A stretch of DNA of 64,000 nucleotides from an uncultured candidate division Zixibacteria bacterium (GCA_963664195.1 OY760907.1:3168001-3232000), one strand, 5' to 3'. Positions 19,757-30,424 are shown, counted from the stretch's first letter. Notes: generated by a model not told the origin, from the letters alone. A program made the numbers and translations.

Positions 19757-20158
19757 TTATGAATCCAATACTGCCTTGAGTTTCTTTAGTAGTTTTTCGG
19801 CGGGAATCGGTTTCTCAAAAATCCATTTCGCCGGCCACTGCTGGCCGAGAATGTGCTGATACTGATCCGGTCCGTCCTCACGCACCTTGTCGAGGAAACT
19901 CGTCAGCATGAAGATCGGTATATTTCCGCATCCGGGCCTGTTGCGAAGCTCGAACGCGAAGTCGAATCCTTCCGTGTCGGTGGTCATCATTACGTCGAGA
20001 ATGATCACATCGGGCGTTTGCTGGTCAATTGCCGCCAGCGCTTCTTTGGCGCAGGTGGCCTTGGTGACACCGTACCCGTTTCCTTCAAGGATGATGCCAA
20101 GCGCTTCCCGTATGTCGGGGTCGTCATCTACGATCAGTATCTGGTGCTTGTTCGTCAT
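19757..20158 (-). CDS. single-domain response regulator
   Basis: ILIVDDD, LDVMM, KP. Confidence 0.92.
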   Translation of the reverse strand: MTNKHQILIVDDDPDIREALGIILEGNGYGVTKATCAKEALAAIDQQTPDVIILDVMMTTDTEGFDFAFELRNRPGCGNIPIFMLTSFLDKVREDGPDQYQHILGQQWPAKWIFEKPIPAEKLLKKLKAVLDS

Positions 20159-20190
20159 ATCTGAATTCCGTTAGTCAGCCTGTTCTCGTA

Positions 20191-21921
20191 TCATATTCCA
20201 CGCTTCACATAGCGCGTGTGAAGGTACTTATGCGCGATTTCTCCGGCTGGTTCCTCCAGGAACCTTTCGTAGACGGCCTTGACCGCCGGGTTGTTATGTG
20301 ACTCCCGGTACTGCTGCACGTCAGAATCATCCCGATACAGCGCCTTTGCCCGAAGGGCGAGTTTGTCTTTGCCACCGCCGAGCGGTTGGCCGCCGCCGCC
20401 GATACATCCGCCGGGACAGGCCATAATCTCAATGAACTGATACTTGGCAGTTCCTTCTACTATAGAATCAAGAAGCCTGCGCGCATTGGCAAGTCCGCTG
20501 GCCACAGCTACACTGACCGGACCAAGAGAGCCGATCTCAAGCGTTGCTTCTTTCACTCCATTAAGCCCACGCACGGGCAAAACGTTTAGATTGTCAAGGC
20601 TTTTACCCGTTACCGTGGCGTAAACAGTCCGTATTGCCGCCTCCATGACGCCACCCGTCGTGCCAAAAATCGTTCCCGCGCCTGAGTATTGCCCCATGGG
20701 CGTATCGTGTTCGCCATCAGGAAGATTGACAAAGTCGATTCCCGCCTCGCGGATCATCCGGGCCAATTCTCGCGTGGTCAAAACAGCGTCAACATCCCGA
20801 TAGCCCGAATCGCACATTTCCGGTCGCGAAGCCTCGTACTTCTTGGCTGTGCAGGGCATTATGGAAACTACGTAGATATTCTTCGGGTCGATTCCGGATG
20901 TCTGTGCGTAGTAGGTTTTGGCGAGGACACCGAACATCTGCTGCGGAGACTTGCAGGTGCTAACGTGATCCAGCAAATCGGGGTAGAAGTGCTCGATGAA
21001 CTTCACCCATCCGGGACTGCACGACGTAATCATCGGGAGTTTCTGGCCCCCTTGGAGGCGATGAAGCAGTTCCGTACTTTCTTCCATAATCGTGACATCC
21101 GCGGCGAAATTCGTATCGAAGACCCTATCGAACCCTAGATACCTGAGTGCAGTCAACAGTTTACCTGTCACGAGCGAACCGACCGGCATCCCAAACTCCT
21201 CGCCGAGGGAAGCTCGAATGGCGGGGGCTTCCTGAACGATAACGTGTTTGGACTGATCATCGAGAGCGGCGAGTACTCGAAGGGTGTCGTCCTTTTCGAC
21301 GATTGCACCGGTGGGACAAACGGCCGCACACTGCCCGCAGTAGGTGCAGGCCGAGTCTGCAAGATCAGCACGAAGGGCCGGCACGACGCGGCAGTCAAAA
21401 CCCCGGCCTTCCGGAGTGAGCAGGCTGACTCCCTGAATCTCAGCACATACCGTCACACAACGAAGGCAATTGATGCACTTGGCGGTGTCACGAACCAGCG
21501 CAGGGGAGGAGTCATCGTATTGGCGCCCTTTTGAGAGATCCGTACGCGGAACGCGCACGTCGCTCACGCCGACTCGGGCCGCTAGATCCTGCAACTCGCA
21601 CTGACCGTTCTTCAGGCAGGTGTCGCAGTCCTGCGGGTGATCCGAAAGTAGAAACTCAACAATACCGCGACGGGCATGCCGCACGCGGGGTGAGTTGGTT
21701 TTTACTTTCATCCCCTCGGCGACTGGATACACGCAGGAGGCGACCAACGAACGGCTTCGGTCAACCTCGACCACACAGACTCGGCAGGAGCCGGGCGCGT
21801 GATTGATCTCCTCCATGGCGCAGAGAGTTGGTATCTGTATACCGACTTGTTTCGCCGCCTGAAGAATGGTGGTCCCAGCCTCAACTTGAACCTCGCGGTT
21901 GTCAATTGTCAGAGTAATCAT
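20191..21921 (-). CDS. hydA: [FeFe]-hydrogenase catalytic subunit, trimeric electron-bifurcating type (group A3)
   Basis: 2Fe-2S, His-ligated 4Fe-4S and 2x4Fe-4S domains; H-cluster motifs TSCSPGW, MPCTAKKYE, EIMACPGGCIGGGGQP; TGATG coupling with hydB. Confidence 0.95.
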   Translation of the reverse strand: MITLTIDNREVQVEAGTTILQAAKQVGIQIPTLCAMEEINHAPGSCRVCVVEVDRSRSLVASCVYPVAEGMKVKTNSPRVRHARRGIVEFLLSDHPQDCDTCLKNGQCELQDLAARVGVSDVRVPRTDLSKGRQYDDSSPALVRDTAKCINCLRCVTVCAEIQGVSLLTPEGRGFDCRVVPALRADLADSACTYCGQCAAVCPTGAIVEKDDTLRVLAALDDQSKHVIVQEAPAIRASLGEEFGMPVGSLVTGKLLTALRYLGFDRVFDTNFAADVTIMEESTELLHRLQGGQKLPMITSCSPGWVKFIEHFYPDLLDHVSTCKSPQQMFGVLAKTYYAQTSGIDPKNIYVVSIMPCTAKKYEASRPEMCDSGYRDVDAVLTTRELARMIREAGIDFVNLPDGEHDTPMGQYSGAGTIFGTTGGVMEAAIRTVYATVTGKSLDNLNVLPVRGLNGVKEATLEIGSLGPVSVAVASGLANARRLLDSIVEGTAKYQFIEIMACPGGCIGGGGQPLGGGKDKLALRAKALYRDDSDVQQYRESHNNPAVKAVYERFLEEPAGEIAHKYLHTRYVKRGI

Positions 21922-23807
21922 CACACCACCTCCACAGCGTTGAACCGGCAAACTGACCGGCACACACCACATCGAGTACACAGGCTATCATCGATCGTGT
22001 GTACCTGCTTCTTTTCACCAGTGATTGCCCCCACCGGACACTTCTTGACACACGCCAGACAGCCGGTGCATTCGTCGGTGATGCGATAGGTGATGAGATC
22101 GCGGCAAACTCCTGCGGGACAACGTCTCTCACGGATGTGTGCCTCGTATTCATCCCGGAAATAGCGAATCGTGCTCAGCACCGGGTTCGAGGCCGTCTGT
22201 CCAAGACCGCAGAGCGAAGCATCGCTGATGGTGGCCGCAAGGTCCTCGAGCAAATCAAGATCACGCTCGTGAGCGTGGCCACTGCAAATGCGCTGAAGTA
22301 TCTCCAGCATACGTCGGGTACCCACGCGGCAAGGAGTGCACTTTCCGCAGGATTCGTCCTGGCAGAACTCCATAAAGAAACGAGCCACATCTACCATACA
22401 GGTCGACTGATCCATTACGACCATGCCGCCGGAGCCCATGATTGCGCCGGCCTCGCAAATGGCATCATAGTCAATCGGCGTGTCGAGTTTCTCCTCGGGA
22501 AGACAGCCACCGGAAGGTCCCCCGAGTTGAACCGCTTTCAGCTTGCCACCGTCCGGCACACCGCCGGCGATCTCGTTGACAACGGTGCGAATAGTGGTTC
22601 CCATCGGAACTTCGACCAGTCCGAAGTGTTTGATTTTGCCCGAGAGGGCAAAAACCTTCGTGCCGTGGGCGCTTTCGGTGCCAATGGAGGCGTATTCCTC
22701 GCCACCGTGCAGGATAATTTGCGGGATGTTGCAGTACGTCTCTACGTTATTCAGAATGGTGGGTTTGCCCCACAGCCCTGACACTGCGGGAAACGGCGGG
22801 CGTGGTCTGGGCGTTCCGCGCTGGCCTTCAATGGAACGCATGAGGGCAGTTTCCTCCCCGCACACAAATGCTCCGGCGCCTTTGTATATCTCAAGATCAA
22901 AATCAAAACCGCTGTCGAATATGTCCTCGCCCAGCAGGCCGTACGCTCTCGCTTGATCGATGGCTTTCTGCAGTCTCTTTAGAGCGAGCGGGTACTCCGC
23001 CCGACAGTAGACATATCCCCGGTTGGCGCCGATTGCGCGAGCTGCAATGACCATGCCTTCAACCACGGAATGCGGATCTGATTCCAGAATGCTGCGATCC
23101 ATGAACGCACCCGGGTCGCCTTCGTCGGCATTACAAAGCGCGTATTTCTGATTACCCTTCGCGAACGAACAGAACTGCCATTTCAGACCGGTGGGAAAAC
23201 CGCCGCCTCCACGGCCGCGGAGACCGGATTCCTTCACCTCCTGGATGATTTCGAAGGGGGACATTTCCTCCACCGCCTTGTGAAGGCCACGGTATCCGTC
23301 GCGGGCGATATACTCCTCAATGTTCTCGGGGTCGATTCTGCCGCCGTTGCGCAGAGCCAACAGCTTCTGACCGGCAAAGTAGGGAAGCTCGTCCACCGTT
23401 TGAACAGGAGCGTCCAGGTCGTTCTCCGAGTACATCAGGCGTGTCACCGGCTGACCGTGCTGAAGGTGCTGTTCGACAATGTCTGCCACGTCAGCGTCTG
23501 TCACCTTCTGATAGAAGTAACCGCCGGGGTTCACTATCATCACGGGCCCAACCGCGCAAAACCCCATGCAACCGCATTCGCTCACCCGTACGCGGTCGCA
23601 AAAATCCCGGGAGGAGAGTTCACGTTCAATTGCAGACTTGACCTCAAGGCCGTCAGCAGCCCTGCACGGTGTCCCGCTGCAAACAAGAACGTGGTGGTCG
23701 TATGATTTCTCTTCCGCGGTGACCTTTTGTTTGATGGCATCGAGATCTTCGAGGCTGCCGATTCGGTCCAGCCCTGCCACCGCCTGACGGTCGTCATTGC
23801 TGCTCAC
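21921..23807 (-). CDS. hydB: NuoF-like diaphorase subunit of [FeFe]-hydrogenase
   Basis: GLRGRGGGGFPTG, CNADEGDPGAFMDR, GEETAL, ESCGKCTPCRVG, C-terminal 2x4Fe-4S. Confidence 0.94.
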   Translation of the reverse strand: MSSNDDRQAVAGLDRIGSLEDLDAIKQKVTAEEKSYDHHVLVCSGTPCRAADGLEVKSAIERELSSRDFCDRVRVSECGCMGFCAVGPVMIVNPGGYFYQKVTDADVADIVEQHLQHGQPVTRLMYSENDLDAPVQTVDELPYFAGQKLLALRNGGRIDPENIEEYIARDGYRGLHKAVEEMSPFEIIQEVKESGLRGRGGGGFPTGLKWQFCSFAKGNQKYALCNADEGDPGAFMDRSILESDPHSVVEGMVIAARAIGANRGYVYCRAEYPLALKRLQKAIDQARAYGLLGEDIFDSGFDFDLEIYKGAGAFVCGEETALMRSIEGQRGTPRPRPPFPAVSGLWGKPTILNNVETYCNIPQIILHGGEEYASIGTESAHGTKVFALSGKIKHFGLVEVPMGTTIRTVVNEIAGGVPDGGKLKAVQLGGPSGGCLPEEKLDTPIDYDAICEAGAIMGSGGMVVMDQSTCMVDVARFFMEFCQDESCGKCTPCRVGTRRMLEILQRICSGHAHERDLDLLEDLAATISDASLCGLGQTASNPVLSTIRYFRDEYEAHIRERRCPAGVCRDLITYRITDECTGCLACVKKCPVGAITGEKKQVHTIDDSLCTRCGVCRSVCRFNAVEVV

Positions 23808-23808
23808 G

Positions 23809-24315
23809 TTATCGGTACTCCTTCAGAATGCGGTCGAGTTGGGCGGGCTTCACTTCCTTGTGAAGGTCGTCATCGATCAACATGACGGGGGCCGGACCGC
23901 AAGCACCGAGGCAGCGCACTACGTGGAGGCTGAACTGGCGATCCGGCGTGCATTCATCGATGCCAATGCCCAGTTTCCCGGCAAGCTCTTCGGCGATCCT
24001 TTGACCGCCTTTCACATGACACGCCGTGCCGAGGCAAACGCGTATCTGGTGTTTCCCGCGCGGGCGCATAGTGAAAAACGAGTAAAACGTAACCACGCCA
24101 TACACGCGACTGAGGGGGAGGTTTAGGCCGACGGCCACTCTGCGCTGGATGGATTCCGGCAGATAGCCCACGCGGTCCTGGATTGCCTCAAGTACGGGAA
24201 TAAGCGAGCCGTCAATATCCCGGTGTTCTTCAATCACCCGGTCAATAAACGTCCACTCGTTCTGACTGAATTCTACAGTTGTTTGTGACATCGGTAAAGA
24301 AGCTGTTTGATGCAT
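23809..24315 (-). CDS. hydC: NuoE-like 2Fe-2S subunit
   Basis: VCLGTACHVKG and RCLGACGPAP; start may be 24291. Confidence 0.92.
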   Translation of the reverse strand: MHQTASLPMSQTTVEFSQNEWTFIDRVIEEHRDIDGSLIPVLEAIQDRVGYLPESIQRRVAVGLNLPLSRVYGVVTFYSFFTMRPRGKHQIRVCLGTACHVKGGQRIAEELAGKLGIGIDECTPDRQFSLHVVRCLGACGPAPVMLIDDDLHKEVKPAQLDRILKEYR

Positions 24316-24695
24316 GCATCGGCCCCGAATTTAGTCCCAAGTTGTCCGATCCCGCGATCCAGCCGTTGTCGCCAGCAGCCTGAACGCTGGACCAAGGAAG
24401 CCTGCCATTTGTCAATACCTATCGGCAACAAATCACTTGTCGATCAGCGTCGCGCGAATATCTGTAGCGATGCGGTTTTTGGCAAGGACTTTCGACCGAG
24501 AAAACCAACATTGTGCCTCAGGTAATACCTCTGTGTACACATTCGATTTCCCTCGGCCTCGGGGCCATTGTCAGGTTGTCGGTTATGTTCCCTGACTTCA
24601 GCTGTTTCCAGGTTCAATCGGTGTCAACTCACGAGAGGTGTTGCTCAAGGGCCAGATTGGATGGAACCAGATGTGTATTGGTCTGTTACCATGGT

Positions 24696-25358
24696 ATGGG
24701 CCAGACGTTTGAGGTAAAAGACTGTGCGTTAATCACCCGCATGGGGGGGGTCGAATCAGCCTTCTCGATACGAGAGCTACGCGAACGGATTACCGTATGT
24801 CCGCCGGAGTGTCTCTTCCACCACTTTTGCGAAACGGCTCCGCGACCCACTTTCGATGATCCCGAATTTCGCAACGACTTCTCGGTCTGGGCGGCGAGAT
24901 TTCTCAGGGATCGGGTTCTGGCTGAACGATTGGGAGTTCTGAACCCGTACTCGTTTCCCGACATGGAAAGCCTCCGTCGGGCGGTTCTGGACGTCCTGGA
25001 TGATCGTCACGCCGAAGTGCCGTACTTGACTACGGTGCCGAGAGGGGAAGAGTTTCTGTTCATGCGGGCCGTAACGGTTGTGTTTTCGGCAGGGCTAGTA
25101 CTCAAGGAGCCGAAACACCTGACGAAAATACTGCCCCAAATGAGTCTTTCGAGCATTTACTTCCATTTCATCGAGGCACGCCGGCGCACGCCTACCGGCC
25201 TGGATGATTTTAGCGAATGGTTCAAAGAGTTTGATGCGTCGGAGACTGTTGACATGATTGCCAGTCTTCGGGAAATCGACTTCTATTATCTCAGCCTGAG
25301 CCAGCTCAAGGAACGAATGATTCATGATCTTTCCAGCCTCAAGGGAGTTGCTTCATGA
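24696..25358 (+). CDS. DUF5752 family protein (typically upstream of treT)
   Basis: LFHHF, NDFSVWA, LAERL, SIYFHFIEARRR, DDFSEW; ATGA overlap with treT. Confidence 0.75.
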   Translation: MGQTFEVKDCALITRMGGVESAFSIRELRERITVCPPECLFHHFCETAPRPTFDDPEFRNDFSVWAARFLRDRVLAERLGVLNPYSFPDMESLRRAVLDVLDDRHAEVPYLTTVPRGEEFLFMRAVTVVFSAGLVLKEPKHLTKILPQMSLSSIYFHFIEARRRTPTGLDDFSEWFKEFDASETVDMIASLREIDFYYLSLSQLKERMIHDLSSLKGVAS

Positions 25359-26596
25359 AGGCTGTGAAGCTGGAAACCTACGCAGATATTGTCGGTCGTC
25401 CGGCGATCAGGCAGCTCCAGCAGCTTGCCTCCGGTCTCAAGGGAGCGACTGTCGTGCATGTGAATTCCACGCGGGTTGGCGGCGGAGTGGCTGAGATTCT
25501 GGCCTGGCTCGTTCCTCTGATGAACGATCTTGGATTAAAGGCCTCCTGGGAGACGATTGACGGAACTTCGGAGTTCTTCCAGGTGACGAAGGACTTCCAC
25601 AATGGTCTTCAGGGAAAACAGGTAGTCTTACCACAATCAAAGACCGAGACCTATGAAGAGGTTGTCCGCGACAATGCGAAACGTCTCAAACCGATTCTCG
25701 AGTCGGCAGATTTTGTCGTCATCCACGATCCCCAGCCAGCCTACTTGTTGAACCTGTGCCCGGACCGAAGAGGGTTGTGGACCTGGCGCTGCCACATAAA
25801 CGTCGGCCAGCCGAATCGGGCTGTCTGGCGGTACTTGAGGCCGATAGTGGAACAGTATGATTCAAGCATCTATTCTATGCCACGGTTTGCCCAGCGATTG
25901 GATCATCCGCAGTTCATCATAGCTCCGAGTATCGATCCGCTTTCCGAGAAGAACTGTGAGATGACTGACGACGAAGTATTGTCGACTATGCGGCGGCTGG
26001 ATATAGATACCGAAAGGCCGATCATTTCACAGATTTCACGGTTCGATAGATTCAAGGATCCCGTGGGCGTGATTGAGGCTTTCAAGCTGCTGGGTAATGG
26101 CACCGACGCGCAGCTCGTGCTGGCCGGGGGGGGAGCAACGGATGATCCCGAAGGAGCGGCCGTTCACGACGAGGTGATGGAAGCGGCTCAGAATGACGAG
26201 CGGATCAAAATACTCATGCTGCCTGGTGACGCCCACCGAACGATTAATGCAATTCAAAGGGCGTCCACGGTTGTTGTCCAGAAGTCACTCCGAGAAGGCT
26301 TCGGACTGACGGTGACGGAAGCGATGTGGAAGTCGCGCCCGGTGATTGGTGGCAACACCGGGGGGATTCGTTTGCAGGTGCACAACCATCACACGGGATT
26401 TCTCGTTGAATCTCCTCAGGGAGCGGCACTGCGTATCAGGGAGCTGCTGCGTGATCCGGCGATGTGCGAACGGCTCGGTAAGACGGCAAAAGTGTTCGTA
26501 ACCGAAAACTTCCTCCTTAACCGCCATCTCCGCGAGTATCTCACTCTCCTTGTCGGACTGAAGAAGGGTCTCACCGATCATCTACTCGCATTCTAG
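25355..26596 (+). CDS. treT: trehalose synthase TreT-type glycosyltransferase
   Basis: HVNSTRVGGGVAEIL, IHDPQP, WRCHI, SRFDRFKDP, QKSLREGFGLTVTEAMWK. Confidence 0.88.
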   Translation: MKAVKLETYADIVGRPAIRQLQQLASGLKGATVVHVNSTRVGGGVAEILAWLVPLMNDLGLKASWETIDGTSEFFQVTKDFHNGLQGKQVVLPQSKTETYEEVVRDNAKRLKPILESADFVVIHDPQPAYLLNLCPDRRGLWTWRCHINVGQPNRAVWRYLRPIVEQYDSSIYSMPRFAQRLDHPQFIIAPSIDPLSEKNCEMTDDEVLSTMRRLDIDTERPIISQISRFDRFKDPVGVIEAFKLLGNGTDAQLVLAGGGATDDPEGAAVHDEVMEAAQNDERIKILMLPGDAHRTINAIQRASTVVVQKSLREGFGLTVTEAMWKSRPVIGGNTGGIRLQVHNHHTGFLVESPQGAALRIRELLRDPAMCERLGKTAKVFVTENFLLNRHLREYLTLLVGLKKGLTDHLLAF

Positions 26597-26605
26597 CAGG
26601 GACTT

Positions 26606-27397
26606 ATGAAGATTCTCTCTTCAGGCGCAGATGTCGACGGTTTCCTGGCGCAAGTTGGAGAGTCCGCGCAGCCGGTGCTGATGCTCGATTTTGACGGTAC
26701 TCTGGCGCCTTTTCAACAAGACCCGTCGGCTGTTACAATGTACCCGGGGGCCAAGTCAGTGCTGGACGCGATTCAGGCGCAGGGGGCAACGCGACTTGCG
26801 ATCGTCAGCGGTCGTACAATCGAAGACCTGCAGCCGCTGCTTGATATCAATCCGTTGCCCGAGTTGTGGGGATGTCATGGAATGGAGAGGTTGACGGTCG
26901 AGGGTGTTTACCTGCAAGCGCCTATCCCGGAGGATACGGCAGGTCAAATCGAGCGAATCGCCAATTGGGCCAAAGGTCCCCTCTGTACGGCCAGGTTTGA
27001 GGTGAAGACATCAGGCGTGGCGTTTCACTGGCGGGGTGCTTCGCCGCAGGAGATAACGGAGATCGAGACGGCCATTCGACAAAAGTGGGGACCGCTGGCC
27101 TGGCGGTATGATCTGCAACTTCGCAACTTTGATGGCGGTCTGGAGATACGGTATGCCAAGTACGGCAAGGCGTACCCCGTGCGAAAGGCTTGCACTCGGG
27201 CGGGGCCGGGCGTTCCGGTAGCCTACGCCGGTGATGATGAGACCGATGAGGATGCGTTTCGTGCACTGCGCGCGCCCTCGCTGGGAATACTCGTGCGTGA
27301 GGAGGCCCGGGAGACCGAGGCGGACATCTGGTTGCAACCACCGACAGAACTCGTAGGGTTTCTGGAGAGATGGCTGAAGGCATTAACAAAAGAATAA
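26606..27397 (+). CDS. otsB: trehalose-6-phosphate phosphatase
   Basis: LDFDGTLAP, VSGR, GDDETDEDAF HAD motifs. Confidence 0.92.
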   Translation: MKILSSGADVDGFLAQVGESAQPVLMLDFDGTLAPFQQDPSAVTMYPGAKSVLDAIQAQGATRLAIVSGRTIEDLQPLLDINPLPELWGCHGMERLTVEGVYLQAPIPEDTAGQIERIANWAKGPLCTARFEVKTSGVAFHWRGASPQEITEIETAIRQKWGPLAWRYDLQLRNFDGGLEIRYAKYGKAYPVRKACTRAGPGVPVAYAGDDETDEDAFRALRAPSLGILVREEARETEADIWLQPPTELVGFLERWLKALTKE

Positions 27398-28812
27398 TCC
27401 TGGTGTCGAATCGCCTCCCGGTTCAGATTGAGACGGGGGATGAGGGCCCGGAACTGCGCGCTGCCTCTGGTGGATTGGTGACGGCCCTTGCGCCGCTGAT
27501 TCGCAAGGCTGGCGGCACCTGGATCGGCTGGCCCGGTTGCGATTCCACCGTAGATGCCGGACCACTGCTGGATTCTCACAGCAGCGATCTGGGGTACCGC
27601 CTCAAGGCGGTGAGTCTATCTCAGGATCAAATCCGTGATTTCTACCGAGGTTTCGCCAATCAATCGATATGGCCGCTCTTCCATGATCTTCTCGGGCAGG
27701 CGAGTTTTCATCTCCCGAACTGGGAACAGTACTGTGCCGTCAATCGGCTTTTCGCAAAGGAGACCTTCCGGGCCATAGACGATGACTGTTTTGTCTGGAT
27801 TCACGATTATCAGCTCCTTATGGTCGGCAAGGAGCTTCGCGAACTCGGCTACGACCGCTACCTGCATTTCTTTCTCCACATTCCGTTTCCCTCGCGAGAT
27901 CTCTTCCAACGATTCCCGTGGCGGGATGATCTCCTGAGGGGAATGCTGGAATACGATCATCTCGGGTTTCAAACAGAAAAAGACAAACGGAACTTCCTTC
28001 AGTGTGTAAGGGCGTTTGTTCCGGAAGCCGCAGTGAGATCGAAACGGTTTCAGTCACAGGTAGGGTACGAAGGTCGCACGATCAAGGTCGGCAACTACCC
28101 GATTAGCATCGATTTTACTGACTTCGATAGCGGCGCCCGAACTGAGGATGTCGCCAACGCGTCGTGGTATATCAAGGAGAACGTTCGGGCGGACACTCTC
28201 GCTCTTGGACTGGACCGCCTCGACTATACAAAGGGTATCGGGCAGCGATTTCTCTCGTGGGAGCGTGCGCTGGAGAAGTATCCCGAGCTGATCGGTAAAC
28301 TATCGCTCCTGCAGGTAGTGGTGCCCAGTCGACTCAACGTGCCAGAGTATCAGGATATCAAGGTTGAGCTGGATCAACTGGCCGGAAGAATCAATGGACG
28401 TTTCTCAGAGCACGGTTGGATCCCCATTCACTATATGTTTCGTAGACTCGACCGGGTGCAGTTGCTCGGGCACTATCGAGCCTGTGAAATTGCTCTCATC
28501 ACGCCGCTTCGCGACGGAATGAATCTGGTGGCCAAGGAATACTGTGCCGCCTCTGTTGATGAGGGCGGCGTGCTCATCCTCTCGGAGTTTGCCGGTGCCG
28601 CCGCGCAACTGGATAAGGGTGCCCTTGTTGTCAATCCGTACGATGTTGAGGGTACGGCAGACGCAATCTACGCAGCCTTCTCCATGGATCCGCAGGAACG
28701 CGCTGCCCGAATGCGGAAACTGCGAATGGGGATTCGTTGCAATGACGTTCACCGATGGGTTTCCTGGTTCATGGAAGAGCTGCCGACGATTCCGGAAGAG
28801 TCTCTGGCCTGA
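27370..28812 (+). CDS. otsA: trehalose-6-phosphate synthase
   Basis: [44 protein letters not shown]. Confidence 0.95.
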   Translation: MAEGINKRIILVSNRLPVQIETGDEGPELRAASGGLVTALAPLIRKAGGTWIGWPGCDSTVDAGPLLDSHSSDLGYRLKAVSLSQDQIRDFYRGFANQSIWPLFHDLLGQASFHLPNWEQYCAVNRLFAKETFRAIDDDCFVWIHDYQLLMVGKELRELGYDRYLHFFLHIPFPSRDLFQRFPWRDDLLRGMLEYDHLGFQTEKDKRNFLQCVRAFVPEAAVRSKRFQSQVGYEGRTIKVGNYPISIDFTDFDSGARTEDVANASWYIKENVRADTLALGLDRLDYTKGIGQRFLSWERALEKYPELIGKLSLLQVVVPSRLNVPEYQDIKVELDQLAGRINGRFSEHGWIPIHYMFRRLDRVQLLGHYRACEIALITPLRDGMNLVAKEYCAASVDEGGVLILSEFAGAAAQLDKGALVVNPYDVEGTADAIYAAFSMDPQERAARMRKLRMGIRCNDVHRWVSWFMEELPTIPEESLA

Positions 28813-28980
28813 AACCACGGAACTCATTTACGAGGATGCTCCGGGGAGTCACTTCCGTGTGTTTGTTGATCGGGAAACCGGGCATCTGTTTCTGGCCGAC
28901 CTCCAGACATAGGCAACGCTCCAGAGACATTAGGCTAATCAGCCGCTGACTCCAAGCCGATAGTAATGCATATATAGAGG

Positions 28981-28994
28981 TTGCATAATTGCAA
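28981..28994. promoter_or_regulatory. palindromic site TTGCA-N4-TGCAA upstream of the sigma54 activator
   Basis: TTGCATAATTGCAA; same motif at 30377 and 30411. Confidence 0.55.
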
Positions 28995-29032
28995 TCCGAT
29001 TAGTACATTACGGTCGGAAGTAGGTTAGCCAG

Positions 29033-30364
29033 ATGAAGAAGTCAGTTTCCAATCCCGACAGCACGGGAATCATTCTCGATTCAATCGCCGATGGCGTGTT
29101 TACGGTGGACCGTGATTGGCGGATCACCTCGTTCAATCGAGCCGCCGAGGACATCACCGGCATAGCGCGAGAAGAAGCTGTCGGGCAACGATGTTGCGAT
29201 GTCTTCCACGCTTCCATCTGTGAAACAAGTTGCTCGCTGAGAGAGACTTTCGATACCGGTCGCCCGGTCGTGAATCGCGCAGTTTATGTGGTTGACTCCG
29301 ATGGCGAGCGTATTCCGATTAGCATATCCACCGCCGTACTCAAAGACAAAAAAGGGAATATCGTTGGCGGCGTGGAGACGTTCCGGGACCTGACAGCAAT
29401 CGAAGATCTCCGGCGTGAATTGGAACGAAAGTACTCGTTCCACGATATTATATCCAAAAACAGCGCCATGCTCGGTATTTTTGACATCCTTCCGGGGGTC
29501 GCCGAAAGCGACAGTACGGTTCTTGTGGAGGGAGATACTGGAACCGGCAAGGAATTGATTGCCCGGGCGTTACACAGTTTATCTGAACGCAAAGATGAAC
29601 CGTTTGTGGCGGTCAATTGCGGCGCATTGCCGGACACGCTTCTTGAGTCGGAGTTGTTTGGTTACGAGGCGGGAGCTTTTACTGATGCCAGAAGAGACAA
29701 ACCGGGGCGGTTTGCGTTAGCTGAAAGGGGAACGTTGTTTCTCGACGAGATCGCTGACGTTTCTCCTGCTCTGCAAGTACGGCTTCTTCGGGTCATCCAG
29801 GAGAGAGTGTTCGAGCCGCTCGGTTCAACCAGGCCTGTGTCCTCGGATGTTCGTATTATTGCTGCTTCCAATAGGGACCTGGCTGCTCAGGTTAAGGCAG
29901 GCACTTTCCGCGAGGACCTGTTTTATCGAATCAACGTCATCAAAATCAAGCTGCCACCGCTCCGAGATCGACGTGAGGATATACCCCTGCTCGTGGATCA
30001 TTTCATTCGCCGGTTCAACAATATCAAGAAGAAGCATATCGAGGACGTTTCTCCCGATGCTCTCGCCGTGCTCGCAGGTTACGATTACCCGGGCAATGTC
30101 CGTGAACTGGAAAACGTGATCGAACACGCCTTTGTATTGTGCCGCACTGGGATGATAGAAGTTGGCGATCTTCCGCCCCAAATCAGAACGGTGTCCGAAG
30201 ACAACCCGGTCATTCGCGCCAAATCCATGGATGATCTCGAAGCCGCCTACATCCGCGACGTATTGAGAAAACACGGCTGGAATCGGGCCGAAAGTGCCAG
30301 GGAATTGGGCATGCACAAGACGACTCTCTGGCGCAAAATGAAGAAGCTCGGTATTCACAAGTAG
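29033..30364 (+). CDS. orpR: PAS-domain sigma54-dependent activator, OrpR-like
   Basis: PAS with CX8CX3C (CCDVFHASICETSC), GDTGTGKE, GAFTDA, C-terminal HTH; adjacent to an orp-type cluster. Confidence 0.8.
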   Translation: MKKSVSNPDSTGIILDSIADGVFTVDRDWRITSFNRAAEDITGIAREEAVGQRCCDVFHASICETSCSLRETFDTGRPVVNRAVYVVDSDGERIPISISTAVLKDKKGNIVGGVETFRDLTAIEDLRRELERKYSFHDIISKNSAMLGIFDILPGVAESDSTVLVEGDTGTGKELIARALHSLSERKDEPFVAVNCGALPDTLLESELFGYEAGAFTDARRDKPGRFALAERGTLFLDEIADVSPALQVRLLRVIQERVFEPLGSTRPVSSDVRIIAASNRDLAAQVKAGTFREDLFYRINVIKIKLPPLRDRREDIPLLVDHFIRRFNNIKKKHIEDVSPDALAVLAGYDYPGNVRELENVIEHAFVLCRTGMIEVGDLPPQIRTVSEDNPVIRAKSMDDLEAAYIRDVLRKHGWNRAESARELGMHKTTLWRKMKKLGIHK

Positions 30365-30376
30365 GCAATCAATAGA

Positions 30377-30424
30377 TTGCACTAGTACAACCATTCGCAA
30401 ATTACCGCTATTGCAATAGTGCAA
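30377..30424. promoter_or_regulatory. tandem putative enhancer (UAS) sites
   Basis: TTGCACTAGTACAA (30377-30390) and TTGCAATAGTGCAA (30411-30424). Confidence 0.55.
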
